DNA of 64,000 nt from Escherichia coli (GTDB taxonomy: Bacteria > Pseudomonadota > Gammaproteobacteria > Enterobacterales > Enterobacteriaceae): NCBI RefSeq assembly GCF_048403405.1, contig NZ_CP183129.1; one strand, given 5' to 3'. Under the pieces are notes generated by a model, which had not been told where the DNA came from, made no database searches, and saw only the letters and a program-made list of their open reading frames with translations. A program made the position numbers and the translations under genes. Every line of letters starts with the position of its first letter. The first letter of the stretch is position 1. Of this stretch, positions 56,197 through 64,000 are shown one piece after another.

Positions 56197-56457
56197 ATGC
56201 CGATTCTGACGCATGAAATAAACAATTATTTTGATCAATTCGGACTTCATGATATTGCTTCAATGCCTACCACTCAGTACCGTCAGGCCCTTGCAAATGG
56301 TGGTTTACTGTGGATTGATCATCATGATTTTATTCGTAGCACGCTATCAGATGAAATCCTTGCAACAAATCAAGAGCAGGTTAATGTTTTGATTGAGCAT
56401 TTGCAGGTTTTAAGGAAAAAAATGCCACTACCTCCTAATTGGATGAGTGAGAAATGA
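56197..56457 (+). CDS. hypothetical protein
   Basis: 86 aa; AT-rich; convergent with the minus-strand cargo pair. Confidence 0.5.
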   Translation: MPILTHEINNYFDQFGLHDIASMPTTQYRQALANGGLLWIDHHDFIRSTLSDEILATNQEQVNVLIEHLQVLRKKMPLPPNWMSEK

Positions 56458-56491
56458 ATTATATGGCCTGGCTCTTTGCCAGGCCATATAC

Positions 56492-57001
56492 TCAAAGCAT
56501 TGTTAACAAGGCGGACGCACCAGCACCAACGAGACTGGCTACCGTACTATTATTTAGTAAATCCTTAAGCAAATTTTTTGCCTGAGGATCTTGTGATTGA
56601 GAAACTTTTTCAACAAGTTCAGTTATGCTGAGATTTACAATAAGATTGTTATGCTCACCGAGTTGAACCTGTGTACCGGATATGTTACCAATGTTAAATG
56701 TATTTTGGCTAGATTGTTTTGGTTTATGTTCATTAGCAGTCAGATTCTCGACTTTTAATGTAAGCATGTGAGGGTGATTAGTACCAACATTGAGTGTACC
56801 TCCTGGTAAAAATGACATATCAATTACTTTTAATATTATTTCCCCCTTCCCTAGTTTTTGAGTGATTTCATCTCCAATATTAATATCTGGTTCTTCAGTA
56901 TAAGGGATTAGCACTTTTTTTTCAGCTGAGTTTCTTTTCCCCTTGTATTCAACTCCTGCGATTGTGAATTTTTCTGGATATGCCATGACGTTAAGATCCA
57001 T
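56492..57001 (-). CDS. hypothetical cargo protein B (shared C-terminal module, hydrophobic C-terminal tail)
   Basis: 169 aa in markedly AT-rich DNA; C-terminus QNTFNIGNISGTQVQLGEHNNLIVNLSITELVEK...AKNLLKDLLNNSTVASLVGAGASALLTML parallels the C-terminus of the upstream gene. Confidence 0.7.
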   Translation of the reverse strand: MDLNVMAYPEKFTIAGVEYKGKRNSAEKKVLIPYTEEPDINIGDEITQKLGKGEIILKVIDMSFLPGGTLNVGTNHPHMLTLKVENLTANEHKPKQSSQNTFNIGNISGTQVQLGEHNNLIVNLSITELVEKVSQSQDPQAKNLLKDLLNNSTVASLVGAGASALLTML

Positions 57002-57030
57002 TATGTTGCTCCTCGTGATCGCTTTTGCGT

Positions 57031-57807
57031 TTAACTAGTAGATTTGAAAGTGTATTTTGTCTGTGTGTTAAGGTTTGATATTAGAGCTTCATAGTTTTCT
57101 TTACTCAGTAAGTTTTTTGAGTAGGCCTTCTTAAGAAGGTTTTTTGAGAGAGTAATAATTTCTTTTTCACCAGTTGATGCAATTTTTGAGAAGAACTCAG
57201 AGAGCTCTTGTATATTAATATTGTTATTTGTACCAAGTTGTACGTATTGGCTATTTACAGTAGCTATGTTGAATATGTTTTGTTTTGGATGCGTTTTTTT
57301 TAGCTTTTCAATTTCAGCATGTTCTATGATTTTTTGAGAGATACTTTCAATATAACCACTAACGTCTTTTTTTTCTGGGAAGGAAAACCCATCACCTCTT
57401 AATATTTTATCTGTTTCGGCCATTTCATAGTAAAGCCTGCGAATCATCACAAGTAATAGTAATTTAGCCTCCTCGATTGACTCCTCTATTGAGAATTGAC
57501 ATTCAATTGCTAACGCGGAGGTCTGCTCTAAAACAATTTCTGAGTTATTTTCAATGTAAGGATTGATAAAACCATTCCAAAAAATTTGAACGGGAGTACC
57601 TTTAAATGCCAAACCTTGATAGCATATTTCTGTTCCATCATATGCAGTAACTTTCATGGGGGGGCCTGCATTGAAAAATCGCCATCTATGAATCAGTTTG
57701 GTTAATCTTTCGTCAATCTCCCGAACTAATTTATAAGTCCTTTTGAACAATGGGGATGGTCGCATCCCAGGAACAGCAAGAATTTCTTTTGTCACTTGAA
57801 TCTCCAT
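57031..57807 (-). CDS. hypothetical cargo protein A (shared C-terminal module)
   Basis: 258 aa uninterrupted ORF in AT-rich DNA (unlikely by chance); 29 bp upstream of protein B on the same strand; C-terminus QNIFNIATVNSQYVQLGTNNNINIQELSEFF...SKNLLKKAY. Confidence 0.7.
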   Translation of the reverse strand: MEIQVTKEILAVPGMRPSPLFKRTYKLVREIDERLTKLIHRWRFFNAGPPMKVTAYDGTEICYQGLAFKGTPVQIFWNGFINPYIENNSEIVLEQTSALAIECQFSIEESIEEAKLLLLVMIRRLYYEMAETDKILRGDGFSFPEKKDVSGYIESISQKIIEHAEIEKLKKTHPKQNIFNIATVNSQYVQLGTNNNINIQELSEFFSKIASTGEKEIITLSKNLLKKAYSKNLLSKENYEALISNLNTQTKYTFKSTS

Positions 57808-58054
57808 AGTTTATCAGCATTTTTGTAAATTATTTGTGTGTTAACATTCAAGACTGTTCGTAACAAAAATACCTTATTTACATCAATTTTTTGATCCATA
57901 TCTTAAATAGTGGCACTCAGACGTGAGCCGCCACTGTTGCCGTCCGATCCCCTGCGCGATGCCGGGTTGATCTGCGAGATGCCGAGAGTGTCGGGCGGCG
58001 CTCCCTCCGTGTTGGTTTCACGTCCTGAATCTTAACCAATACGAGAAAACCTTC

Positions 58055-59224
58055 ATGAAGAAATTAATCGAGCTCCGCCAGCAAAAAAACGCCCTGAAAA
58101 ACCAGATGCGATCCCTGCTGGAAAAAGCCGACAGTGAAAACCGCAGCCTGAACGATGACGAGGGCAAACAGTTTGATGAACTGCGTGCAAAAGCTGATTC
58201 CCTCGATACAGACATTTCCCGCCTCGAGTCTGTGGCTGATGAAGAACGCAGCAAGCCAGGAACGGGCATCCAGAAAGTATCATCTGATGAATTGCGTAAC
58301 TACATCGTAACCGGAGATGTGCGATCTCTGTCCACCAGCACTGACAGCGGCAGGGATGGCGGATATACCGTAATTCCTGAGCTTGATCGCGAAGTCATGC
58401 GCCAGCTACAGGATGACAGTGTTATGCGCGTGATCGCGACCGTGAAGACTGCAAAATCAAATGAGTTTCAGAAACTGGTTTCCACTGGCGGCGCAACTGT
58501 AGGACGAGGCACAGAAGGCAGCGCACGCAGTGAAACCAACACCCCGAAAATTGAACGCGTAACCATCAAGCTGAACCCGATCTACGCCTACCCGAAAACC
58601 ACGCAGGAAATCCTAGATTTTTCAGAGGTGGATATTCTGGGCTGGTTATCCTCCGAAATTGCCGACACGTTCGCCAGCACCGAAGAGGATGATTTTGTTA
58701 ATGGCAACGGTAACGGCAAGCCGAAAGGCTTCATGGCTTACACCCGTGCGGCGACCAGTGACAAAACCCGCGCTTTTGGCACCATTGAAAAAATGGTAGC
58801 GGCAAGTGGAACCGCCATTACAGCGGACGAACTGATCGACATTCTCTACAAGCTGAAAGCGAAATACCGCAAAAATGCCGTCTGGGTGATGAACTCGGGC
58901 ACGGCAGGGACACTACAGAAGCTGAAAAATGAGAACGGCGATTATATCTGGCGCGACAGCCTTAAAGAAGGTGCGCCGGATATGTTGCTTGGTCGTCCTG
59001 TTTACTGCCTGGAGTCCATGCCGGACATCGGCGCAGGAAAAGCACCGCTAGCGGTTGGCGATTTCAGTCGTGGTTATTTCATCGTTGATCATGTAACAGG
59101 GATTCGCACCCGACCGGACAACATTACTGAACCCGGATTCTACAAGGTCCACACGGATAAATATCTGGGCGGTGGTGTGGTGGATTCAAACGCCATCAAA
59201 ATTCTGGAAATGAAAGCTGGCTAG
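58055..59224 (+). CDS. major capsid protein, HK97-fold, with N-terminal scaffolding (delta) domain
   Basis: 389 aa; N-terminal coiled-coil MKKLIELRQQKNALKNQMRSLLEKADSENRSL..., then HK97-family capsid body (GKPKGFMAYT..., LLGRPVYCLESMPD...). Confidence 0.88.
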   Translation: MKKLIELRQQKNALKNQMRSLLEKADSENRSLNDDEGKQFDELRAKADSLDTDISRLESVADEERSKPGTGIQKVSSDELRNYIVTGDVRSLSTSTDSGRDGGYTVIPELDREVMRQLQDDSVMRVIATVKTAKSNEFQKLVSTGGATVGRGTEGSARSETNTPKIERVTIKLNPIYAYPKTTQEILDFSEVDILGWLSSEIADTFASTEEDDFVNGNGNGKPKGFMAYTRAATSDKTRAFGTIEKMVAASGTAITADELIDILYKLKAKYRKNAVWVMNSGTAGTLQKLKNENGDYIWRDSLKEGAPDMLLGRPVYCLESMPDIGAGKAPLAVGDFSRGYFIVDHVTGIRTRPDNITEPGFYKVHTDKYLGGGVVDSNAIKILEMKAG

Positions 59225-59278
59225 TCATGAGTAAGGAGGAGGCTGCGGCCTCCTTTTTCAGCTTTATGGAGTACACCG

Positions 59279-59839
59279 ATGAAAAACACCGATTTTGAAA
59301 TCCGCACATCTGAACTGACCGCCAGCAATAAAAAGCTGGTGGGGTATGCCGTTCGCTGGAACAGCCTTTCAGAAATTATCTGGGACGAATTCCGCGAACA
59401 GTTCACGCCGGGGGCTTTTGCTGACTATCTGGCGGCGGGTAATGATGTGCGCTGCCTGTATGAGCATGACTATACCCAACTGCTGGGGCGCACCAAATCC
59501 GGCACTCTGGTACTGACTGAGGATAACACCGGGTTACGTTTTGAACTGACACCGCCGGATACCCAGCTTGGAAAAGATGTGCTTACGCTGGTGGAGCGTG
59601 GCGACATTACAGGAATGAGCTTTGGTTTTCGCGCATTATGCGAGGAGTGGAGTATCGCGCAAAAACCGTATTTGCGTACCGTAACCGCCGCTGAACTCCG
59701 TGAAATCACAATAACGTCGATGCCTGCTTATCCAGAATCTGGCGTGGAGATTGCCCACCGTTCGTTGTTTGCACAGCACCCTGAATTATGCCCGACAGGA
59801 AATAATCGTCATCGCTGGTCTGAGCTGGCGGGGTTGTGA
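59279..59839 (+). CDS. prohead maturation protease (HK97 family)
   Basis: 186 aa; KLVGYAVRWNS...FREQFTPGAF...LYEHD...LGRT...GTLVLTEDNTGLRFE...GMSFGF pattern typical of HK97-type prohead proteases. Confidence 0.85.
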   Translation: MKNTDFEIRTSELTASNKKLVGYAVRWNSLSEIIWDEFREQFTPGAFADYLAAGNDVRCLYEHDYTQLLGRTKSGTLVLTEDNTGLRFELTPPDTQLGKDVLTLVERGDITGMSFGFRALCEEWSIAQKPYLRTVTAAELREITITSMPAYPESGVEIAHRSLFAQHPELCPTGNNRHRWSELAGL

Positions 59840-59840
59840 T

Positions 59841-61055
59841 ATGTGGTGGCCTTTTAGTCGTAAAAAAAGCGAGCAGCGTAACCTGTCCATTGATGATTTT
59901 CTGGCGCTGTCCGGCGTACCGAATACCGGATCCGGAGAATATGTTTCTGCCGGGACGGCTGAATCATTGCCTGCAGTGATGAATGCGGTTTCTGTCATCG
60001 CTGAGGCGGTGGCCACGATGCCGTGTTATCTGTATCTGGTACGTAATGACAAGGGCAGGGAGGCGCGGGAATGGCTGGACAGTCACCCGGTAGATATTCT
60101 GCTGAATGAGCAGCCTAATTCGTGCCAGACACCTTACCAGTTTAAACGCACAATGATGCGTCACTGCCTGCTGAACGGTAACGCCTATGCGGTTATTGAG
60201 TGGGGGCAGGACGGGCAGCCAAAATCACTTCATCCTTATGCGCCGGGGTGTGTTGTACCGGAACGCACAGGCGCACACAAATACCGCTATACCATCACCG
60301 AACCCTATACAGGAACGGTGCGCACGTATTTACAGGAAGAAGTTCTGCATCTCCGCTATGCCTCGGATGATGGCTTTCTGGGGCGCTCCCCCGTCACGAT
60401 TTGCCGTGAGGCACTTGGGCTTGGCCTTGCTCAACAGCGCCACGGAGCCAGCATTATGAAAGATGGCATGATGGCGGCAGGGATTATCACGTCAGGCGAA
60501 TGGCTGGACGGCGTGAAAGGTAAACAGGCATTGGATGCTCTGGAACGCTACAAGGGGGCGAAAAATGCCGGAAAAACGCCAATCCTTGAAGGGGGCATGG
60601 ATTACAGGCAACTGGGAATGAGTAACCAGGATGCGGAATGGCTGGCCTCCCGTCGCTTCTCCATTGAAGACATCGCCCGCATGTTCAACGTATCGCCTAT
60701 TTTTCTGCAGGAATACAGCAACAGCACCTACAGCAATTTCAGCGAGGCAAGCCGCGCGTTTCTGACCATGACAATGCGCCCGTGGCTGGCGAACTTCGAA
60801 CAGCAAATCAAGGCCGCTTTGCTGGTGGCTTCTCCCGTACCTGGTACCCGTTATCTGGTTGAGTTTGATTCAGCCGATTTATTACGCGCCACACCCACCG
60901 AACGTTATGCCACGTATGAGAAAGGGATTAAGAACGGGATCATGAATCCGAACGAAGCCCGTGAGCGTGAGGGTATGCCGCCGCGTGAAGGTGGTGATGA
61001 GTTCAGCCAGGCATGGAAACAGACTGTGGAAATTAAAGGGAGAAAAGATGAGTGA
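59841..61055 (+). CDS. portal protein (HK97 family)
   Basis: ORF 59751-61055; start at Met 59841 directly after protease stop; ~404 aa with portal-like central region. Confidence 0.8.
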   Translation: MWWPFSRKKSEQRNLSIDDFLALSGVPNTGSGEYVSAGTAESLPAVMNAVSVIAEAVATMPCYLYLVRNDKGREAREWLDSHPVDILLNEQPNSCQTPYQFKRTMMRHCLLNGNAYAVIEWGQDGQPKSLHPYAPGCVVPERTGAHKYRYTITEPYTGTVRTYLQEEVLHLRYASDDGFLGRSPVTICREALGLGLAQQRHGASIMKDGMMAAGIITSGEWLDGVKGKQALDALERYKGAKNAGKTPILEGGMDYRQLGMSNQDAEWLASRRFSIEDIARMFNVSPIFLQEYSNSTYSNFSEASRAFLTMTMRPWLANFEQQIKAALLVASPVPGTRYLVEFDSADLLRATPTERYATYEKGIKNGIMNPNEAREREGMPPREGGDEFSQAWKQTVEIKGRKDE

Positions 61056-61350
61056 AGCCAGAATTACACCTGATGAAGTCAGGGCACATCTTCGACTTGA
61101 TGATGATTTATCCGGTGAAGGCGAACTTCTGAAAATGTATACCGATGCGGCGCTGGAAGCCTGCCAGAAGCATATCGGGAAACGTTTTGAAGACGGGCTG
61201 GAATTTACCCCGGCAATGCGTGTTGGTTGCCTGATGTACATCGCTTTCCTGTACGAGAACCGGGAAGCGGTTTCACCAGTGGAGCACTCGGAACTGCCTA
61301 TGGCTATTTCTGCGCTCTGGTCAGTTTATCGTGACGTAGGGGTGTACTGA
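61048..61350 (+). CDS. head-tail connector (gp6-like) protein
   Basis: ORF 60961-61350; start at MSEARITPDEVRAHLRLDDDLSGEGELLKMYTDAALEACQKHIGKRFE... overlapping portal stop; ~100 aa. Confidence 0.7.
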   Translation: MSEARITPDEVRAHLRLDDDLSGEGELLKMYTDAALEACQKHIGKRFEDGLEFTPAMRVGCLMYIAFLYENREAVSPVEHSELPMAISALWSVYRDVGVY

Positions 61351-61790
61351 TGCCGTGGCAACCATTAAGGCGATGCACTGAGCCTGGCTGTAATAAGCGC
61401 GTGAAGTCCGGCAAGTGTGAAGAGCACAGGCGGGCTGCATGGCGTGCAGAGGATGCCAGACGGGGACACCGCCGCGCGCGCGGGTATTCCCGACAGTGGG
61501 ACAAATACCGCGCCCTGTACCTGAGCAAAAACCCGTTATGCGTGCGTTGTCTGGCTAAGGGGATTTATACGCCAGCTCTTGTGGTGGATCACATCATTCC
61601 CATCAATGGCGGCGGTGATGTTCTCTTCTGGCCTGAGTGGAATCACCAGGCATTGTGCCAGACGTGCCACAACCGTAAGACGACACGGGAAGATCCAGCC
61701 ACGAAAGCAAACCGTAAAGCGGGCATGTATCACGAGCAGGAAGAACGGGCGGCACACCGTAACGACTGGATGTATGGCGATGATGACTGA
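61350..61790 (+). CDS. HNH endonuclease (terminase-associated)
   Basis: 146 aa; Cys-rich with HNH core (VVDHIIPINGGGD...NHQALCQTCHNRKT); sits immediately upstream of terS as in cos-packaging HK97-like phages. Confidence 0.85.
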   Translation: MPWQPLRRCTEPGCNKRVKSGKCEEHRRAAWRAEDARRGHRRARGYSRQWDKYRALYLSKNPLCVRCLAKGIYTPALVVDHIIPINGGGDVLFWPEWNHQALCQTCHNRKTTREDPATKANRKAGMYHEQEERAAHRNDWMYGDDD

Positions 61791-62078
61791 ACAGGAGCAA
61801 ACCAGGCTGATACGTGGACTGATAAGGCAGCGTGACACATGGAAGACACAGGAGACAGAGCACAAAGCCAACAGGACAGGGCGCACAAAACTCACCACAG
61901 CGAAGCGATTAACCGACCGTGACCGCGAGGTCATGGAATGTTTTCGCAATCGCTGGTGAGGCCGTCAGAGGGGGTGGGGGTGGTTTTCAGGACGAAACCG
62001 TCCCTGCCGGACACCGACCGCCCCCTCAAATTTTTGTGCACGGTAATTTTTTTGAAAATAATTGGGCGAAAAAAGAAC

Positions 62079-62435
62079 ATGGCAAGACCACCAAAAGCCC
62101 CCGCTTACCTGGATGAAATCGCGGTCAGGCAGTGGAAGGAAAAATCGCGCCAGCTTTCCGGGCGGGAAGACCTTACCCCCGCCGACTGGAGCAATCTGGA
62201 ACTGTATTGTGTTAACTACTCCATATACCGCAAAGCCGTCGAAGACCTTGCGACGCGCGGGTTCAGCATTGTTAACAGTCAGGGCAGCGAGAGCAGAAAC
62301 CCCGCACTGAGCGCAAAGGCTGACGCAGAAAGAATAATGATCAAAATGGCTTCTTTGCTGGGTTTTGACCCGGTAAGCCGTCGCAGAAATCCACCGGAAA
62401 CAGAGGAAGAGGACGAACTTGACCGCCTGGCATGA
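62079..62435 (+). CDS. terS: terminase small subunit (P27-like)
   Basis: ORF 61938-62435; start at MARPPKAPAYLDEIAVRQWKEKSRQLSGREDLTPADWSNLELYCVNYSIYRKAVEDL... Confidence 0.8.
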   Translation: MARPPKAPAYLDEIAVRQWKEKSRQLSGREDLTPADWSNLELYCVNYSIYRKAVEDLATRGFSIVNSQGSESRNPALSAKADAERIMIKMASLLGFDPVSRRRNPPETEEEDELDRLA

Positions 62436-64000
62436 GTACGCAGAAGGCGTAAAAAACGGCAAAATTACGGCCTGTAAACGACTGAAACAGGCCGTTAAAC
62501 GGTATTTTTCTGACCTTGAAAACTCCCTTTACACGTTCGATCCGGAGGTCGTGGAGCGGTTTATTGCCTTTTCCCGGGTGTGTCCGCACGTAAAAGGCGC
62601 AATGCGCGGTAGTCCCATTGAACTGGAGCCGTGGCAGCAGTTCGCCTTTGCCTGCATCCTGGGCTTTAAGGTTAAGGCCACCGGACGGCGCAAATACACC
62701 AGCGCATTCATTGAAGTACCGCGAAAAAATGCCAAATCCACGGTCGCCGCTATCCTGGCTAACTGGTTTCTGGTTATGGAAAACGGGCAGCAGGATATTT
62801 ACACCGCCGCCGTGAGTCGTGATCAGGCGCGGATCGTGTTTGATGATGCGCGTCAGATGTGCCTTTTATCCCGACCGTTACGAAAGCGGGTAAATATTCA
62901 GGCACACAAGGTGATACACCCGAAAACTAACAGCCTGTTAAAGCCACTGGCAGCAAAAGCGGCAACCATTGAAGGTACAAATCCGAGTCTTGCCATTGTG
63001 GATGAATATCACCTGCACCCTGACAACGGGGTTTATTCCGCACTTGAGCTGGGGATGGGGGCGCGTCCGGAGGGGCTGTTATTTGCCATCACCACATCGG
63101 GGAGCAACGTTGTTTCAGCCTGTAAACAACACTATGACTATTGCTGTCAGATACTGGATGGTGAAGAGATGAACGAATCCATGTTCGTTCTGATTTACGA
63201 GCTGGATGATGAAAGCGAGGTTGACGATCCGGCCATGTGGATAAAGGCGAATCCAAATATCGATGTTTCCGTCGATCGTGAAAAACTGGCCTCAACCATC
63301 CAGAAAGCGCGGGGTATTCCGTCGCAGTGGGTGGAAATGCTCACCAAGCGATTCAATATCTGGTGTCAGGGGGCTACGCCGTGGATGGGTAACGGTGCAT
63401 GGGCGGAGTGCGCCGGAACGTTCGCGGAGGCGGATTTATACGGGCAGGAGTGCTACGCGGGACTGGACTTATCATCAACCAGCGATATTTCCAGCGTGTG
63501 CTATGCCTTTCCGGTCGGTAAAAAGATTATGCTGGTTTCCCGTCACTATCTGCCGGAATTTCAGCTACAGAACCCCGCCAATAAAAACCGCGCCATCTAT
63601 CGCCAGTGGGTAAAGGCGGGCTGGATACGCACAACACCGGGTGACTGCATTGATTATGACCGTATCCGTGATGACATCATGGCGGATGCAGAGAATTTCA
63701 ATATCAGGCTGGTGGGCTTCGATACATGGAACGCCACGCACCTGAGGACGCAGCTACAGGGGGCAGGATTTGAGGTGGAGCCGTTCCCGCAAACATACCT
63801 TCGTTTCAGTCCGGCGGCGAAATCGTTCGAAGTTTTTGTTAACCGGAAGGTGATTGTGCATCGTGGTGATCCGGTGCTGGCCTGGTCAATGAGTAATGTT
63901 GTGATGCAGAGTGACGCGAACGCCAATATCAAGCCGAACAAGAAAAAATCATCCAACAAGATAGACCCGAGCGTTGCGGCGCTGATGGCGTTTGGCACAT
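62419..64000 (+). CDS. terL: terminase large subunit (partial; runs off window end)
   Basis: Open frame from a TTG at 62419 to the window end with no stop (hence absent from the ORF track); hand translation TAWHEYAEGVKNGKITACKRLKQAVKRYFSDL...AILANWFLVMENGQQDIYTAAVSRDQAR...LAIVDEYHLHPDNG shows terminase ATPase features. Confidence 0.75.
   Translation, partial: MTAWHEYAEGVKNGKITACKRLKQAVKRYFSDLENSLYTFDPEVVERFIAFSRVCPHVKGAMRGSPIELEPWQQFAFACILGFKVKATGRRKYTSAFIEVPRKNAKSTVAAILANWFLVMENGQQDIYTAAVSRDQARIVFDDARQMCLLSRPLRKRVNIQAHKVIHPKTNSLLKPLAAKAATIEGTNPSLAIVDEYHLHPDNGVYSALELGMGARPEGLLFAITTSGSNVVSACKQHYDYCCQILDGEEMNESMFVLIYELDDESEVDDPAMWIKANPNIDVSVDREKLASTIQKARGIPSQWVEMLTKRFNIWCQGATPWMGNGAWAECAGTFAEADLYGQECYAGLDLSSTSDISSVCYAFPVGKKIMLVSRHYLPEFQLQNPANKNRAIYRQWVKAGWIRTTPGDCIDYDRIRDDIMADAENFNIRLVGFDTWNATHLRTQLQGAGFEVEPFPQTYLRFSPAAKSFEVFVNRKVIVHRGDPVLAWSMSNVVMQSDANANIKPNKKKSSNKIDPSVAALMAFGT

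Larger units (their letters stand above)
49878..64000 (+). mobile_element. capsid-forming PICI-like phage satellite / integrative island (continues past window end)
   Basis: Integrase next to a disrupted host gene, then AlpA-like regulator, divergent switch, primase/SF3 helicase with iterons, cargo, then MCP-protease-portal-connector-HNH-TerS-TerL and no tail genes within the window. Confidence 0.8.

Noticed and set aside
61579-61959. 126-aa ORF overlapping the HNH gene
   Set aside because: Most of it overlaps the well-supported HNH frame; only the downstream ~60 codons could be real and they are noted as uncertain under the cos-region finding

Overview
Enterobacterial (Escherichia coli-type) chromosome segment. 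Positions 1-49860 are conserved core genome: yheO-tusDCB, the str operon (rpsL-rpsG-fusA-tufA), bfd-bfr, the S10, spc and alpha ribosomal-protein operons (rpsJ through rplQ, with secY and rpoA), yhdN-zntR-arfA, mscL-trkA-rsmB-fmt-def on the minus strand, dprA-smg-yrdD-tsaC-aroE-yrdB, yrdA, a complete rrnD-type rRNA operon (16S, tRNA-Ile, tRNA-Ala, 23S, 5S, tRNA-Thr, second 5S), the yhdWXYZ amino-acid ABC transporter, yhdV, acrEF with acrS, yhdU and yhdJ. At about 49861 the core sequence breaks inside what reads as the last codons of fis, and from there to the window end (at least 14 kb) lies a mobile element. It carries a tyrosine integrase, an AlpA-like regulator, a divergent regulatory switch, a primase/SF3-helicase-like replication protein followed by an iteron array, an AT-rich two-gene cargo cassette of unknown function on the opposite strand, and a capsid and packaging module (HK97-fold major capsid, prohead protease, portal, head-tail connector, HNH endonuclease, small and large terminase) with no tail genes in the window. 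This architecture matches a capsid-forming phage-inducible chromosomal island (cf-PICI)-like satellite. The most interesting candidate for an undescribed system is the AT-rich cassette at 56492-57807 (minus strand), whose two proteins share a C-terminal module but have no recognisable known domains. All identifications are from reading the translations and motifs; no database search was run.
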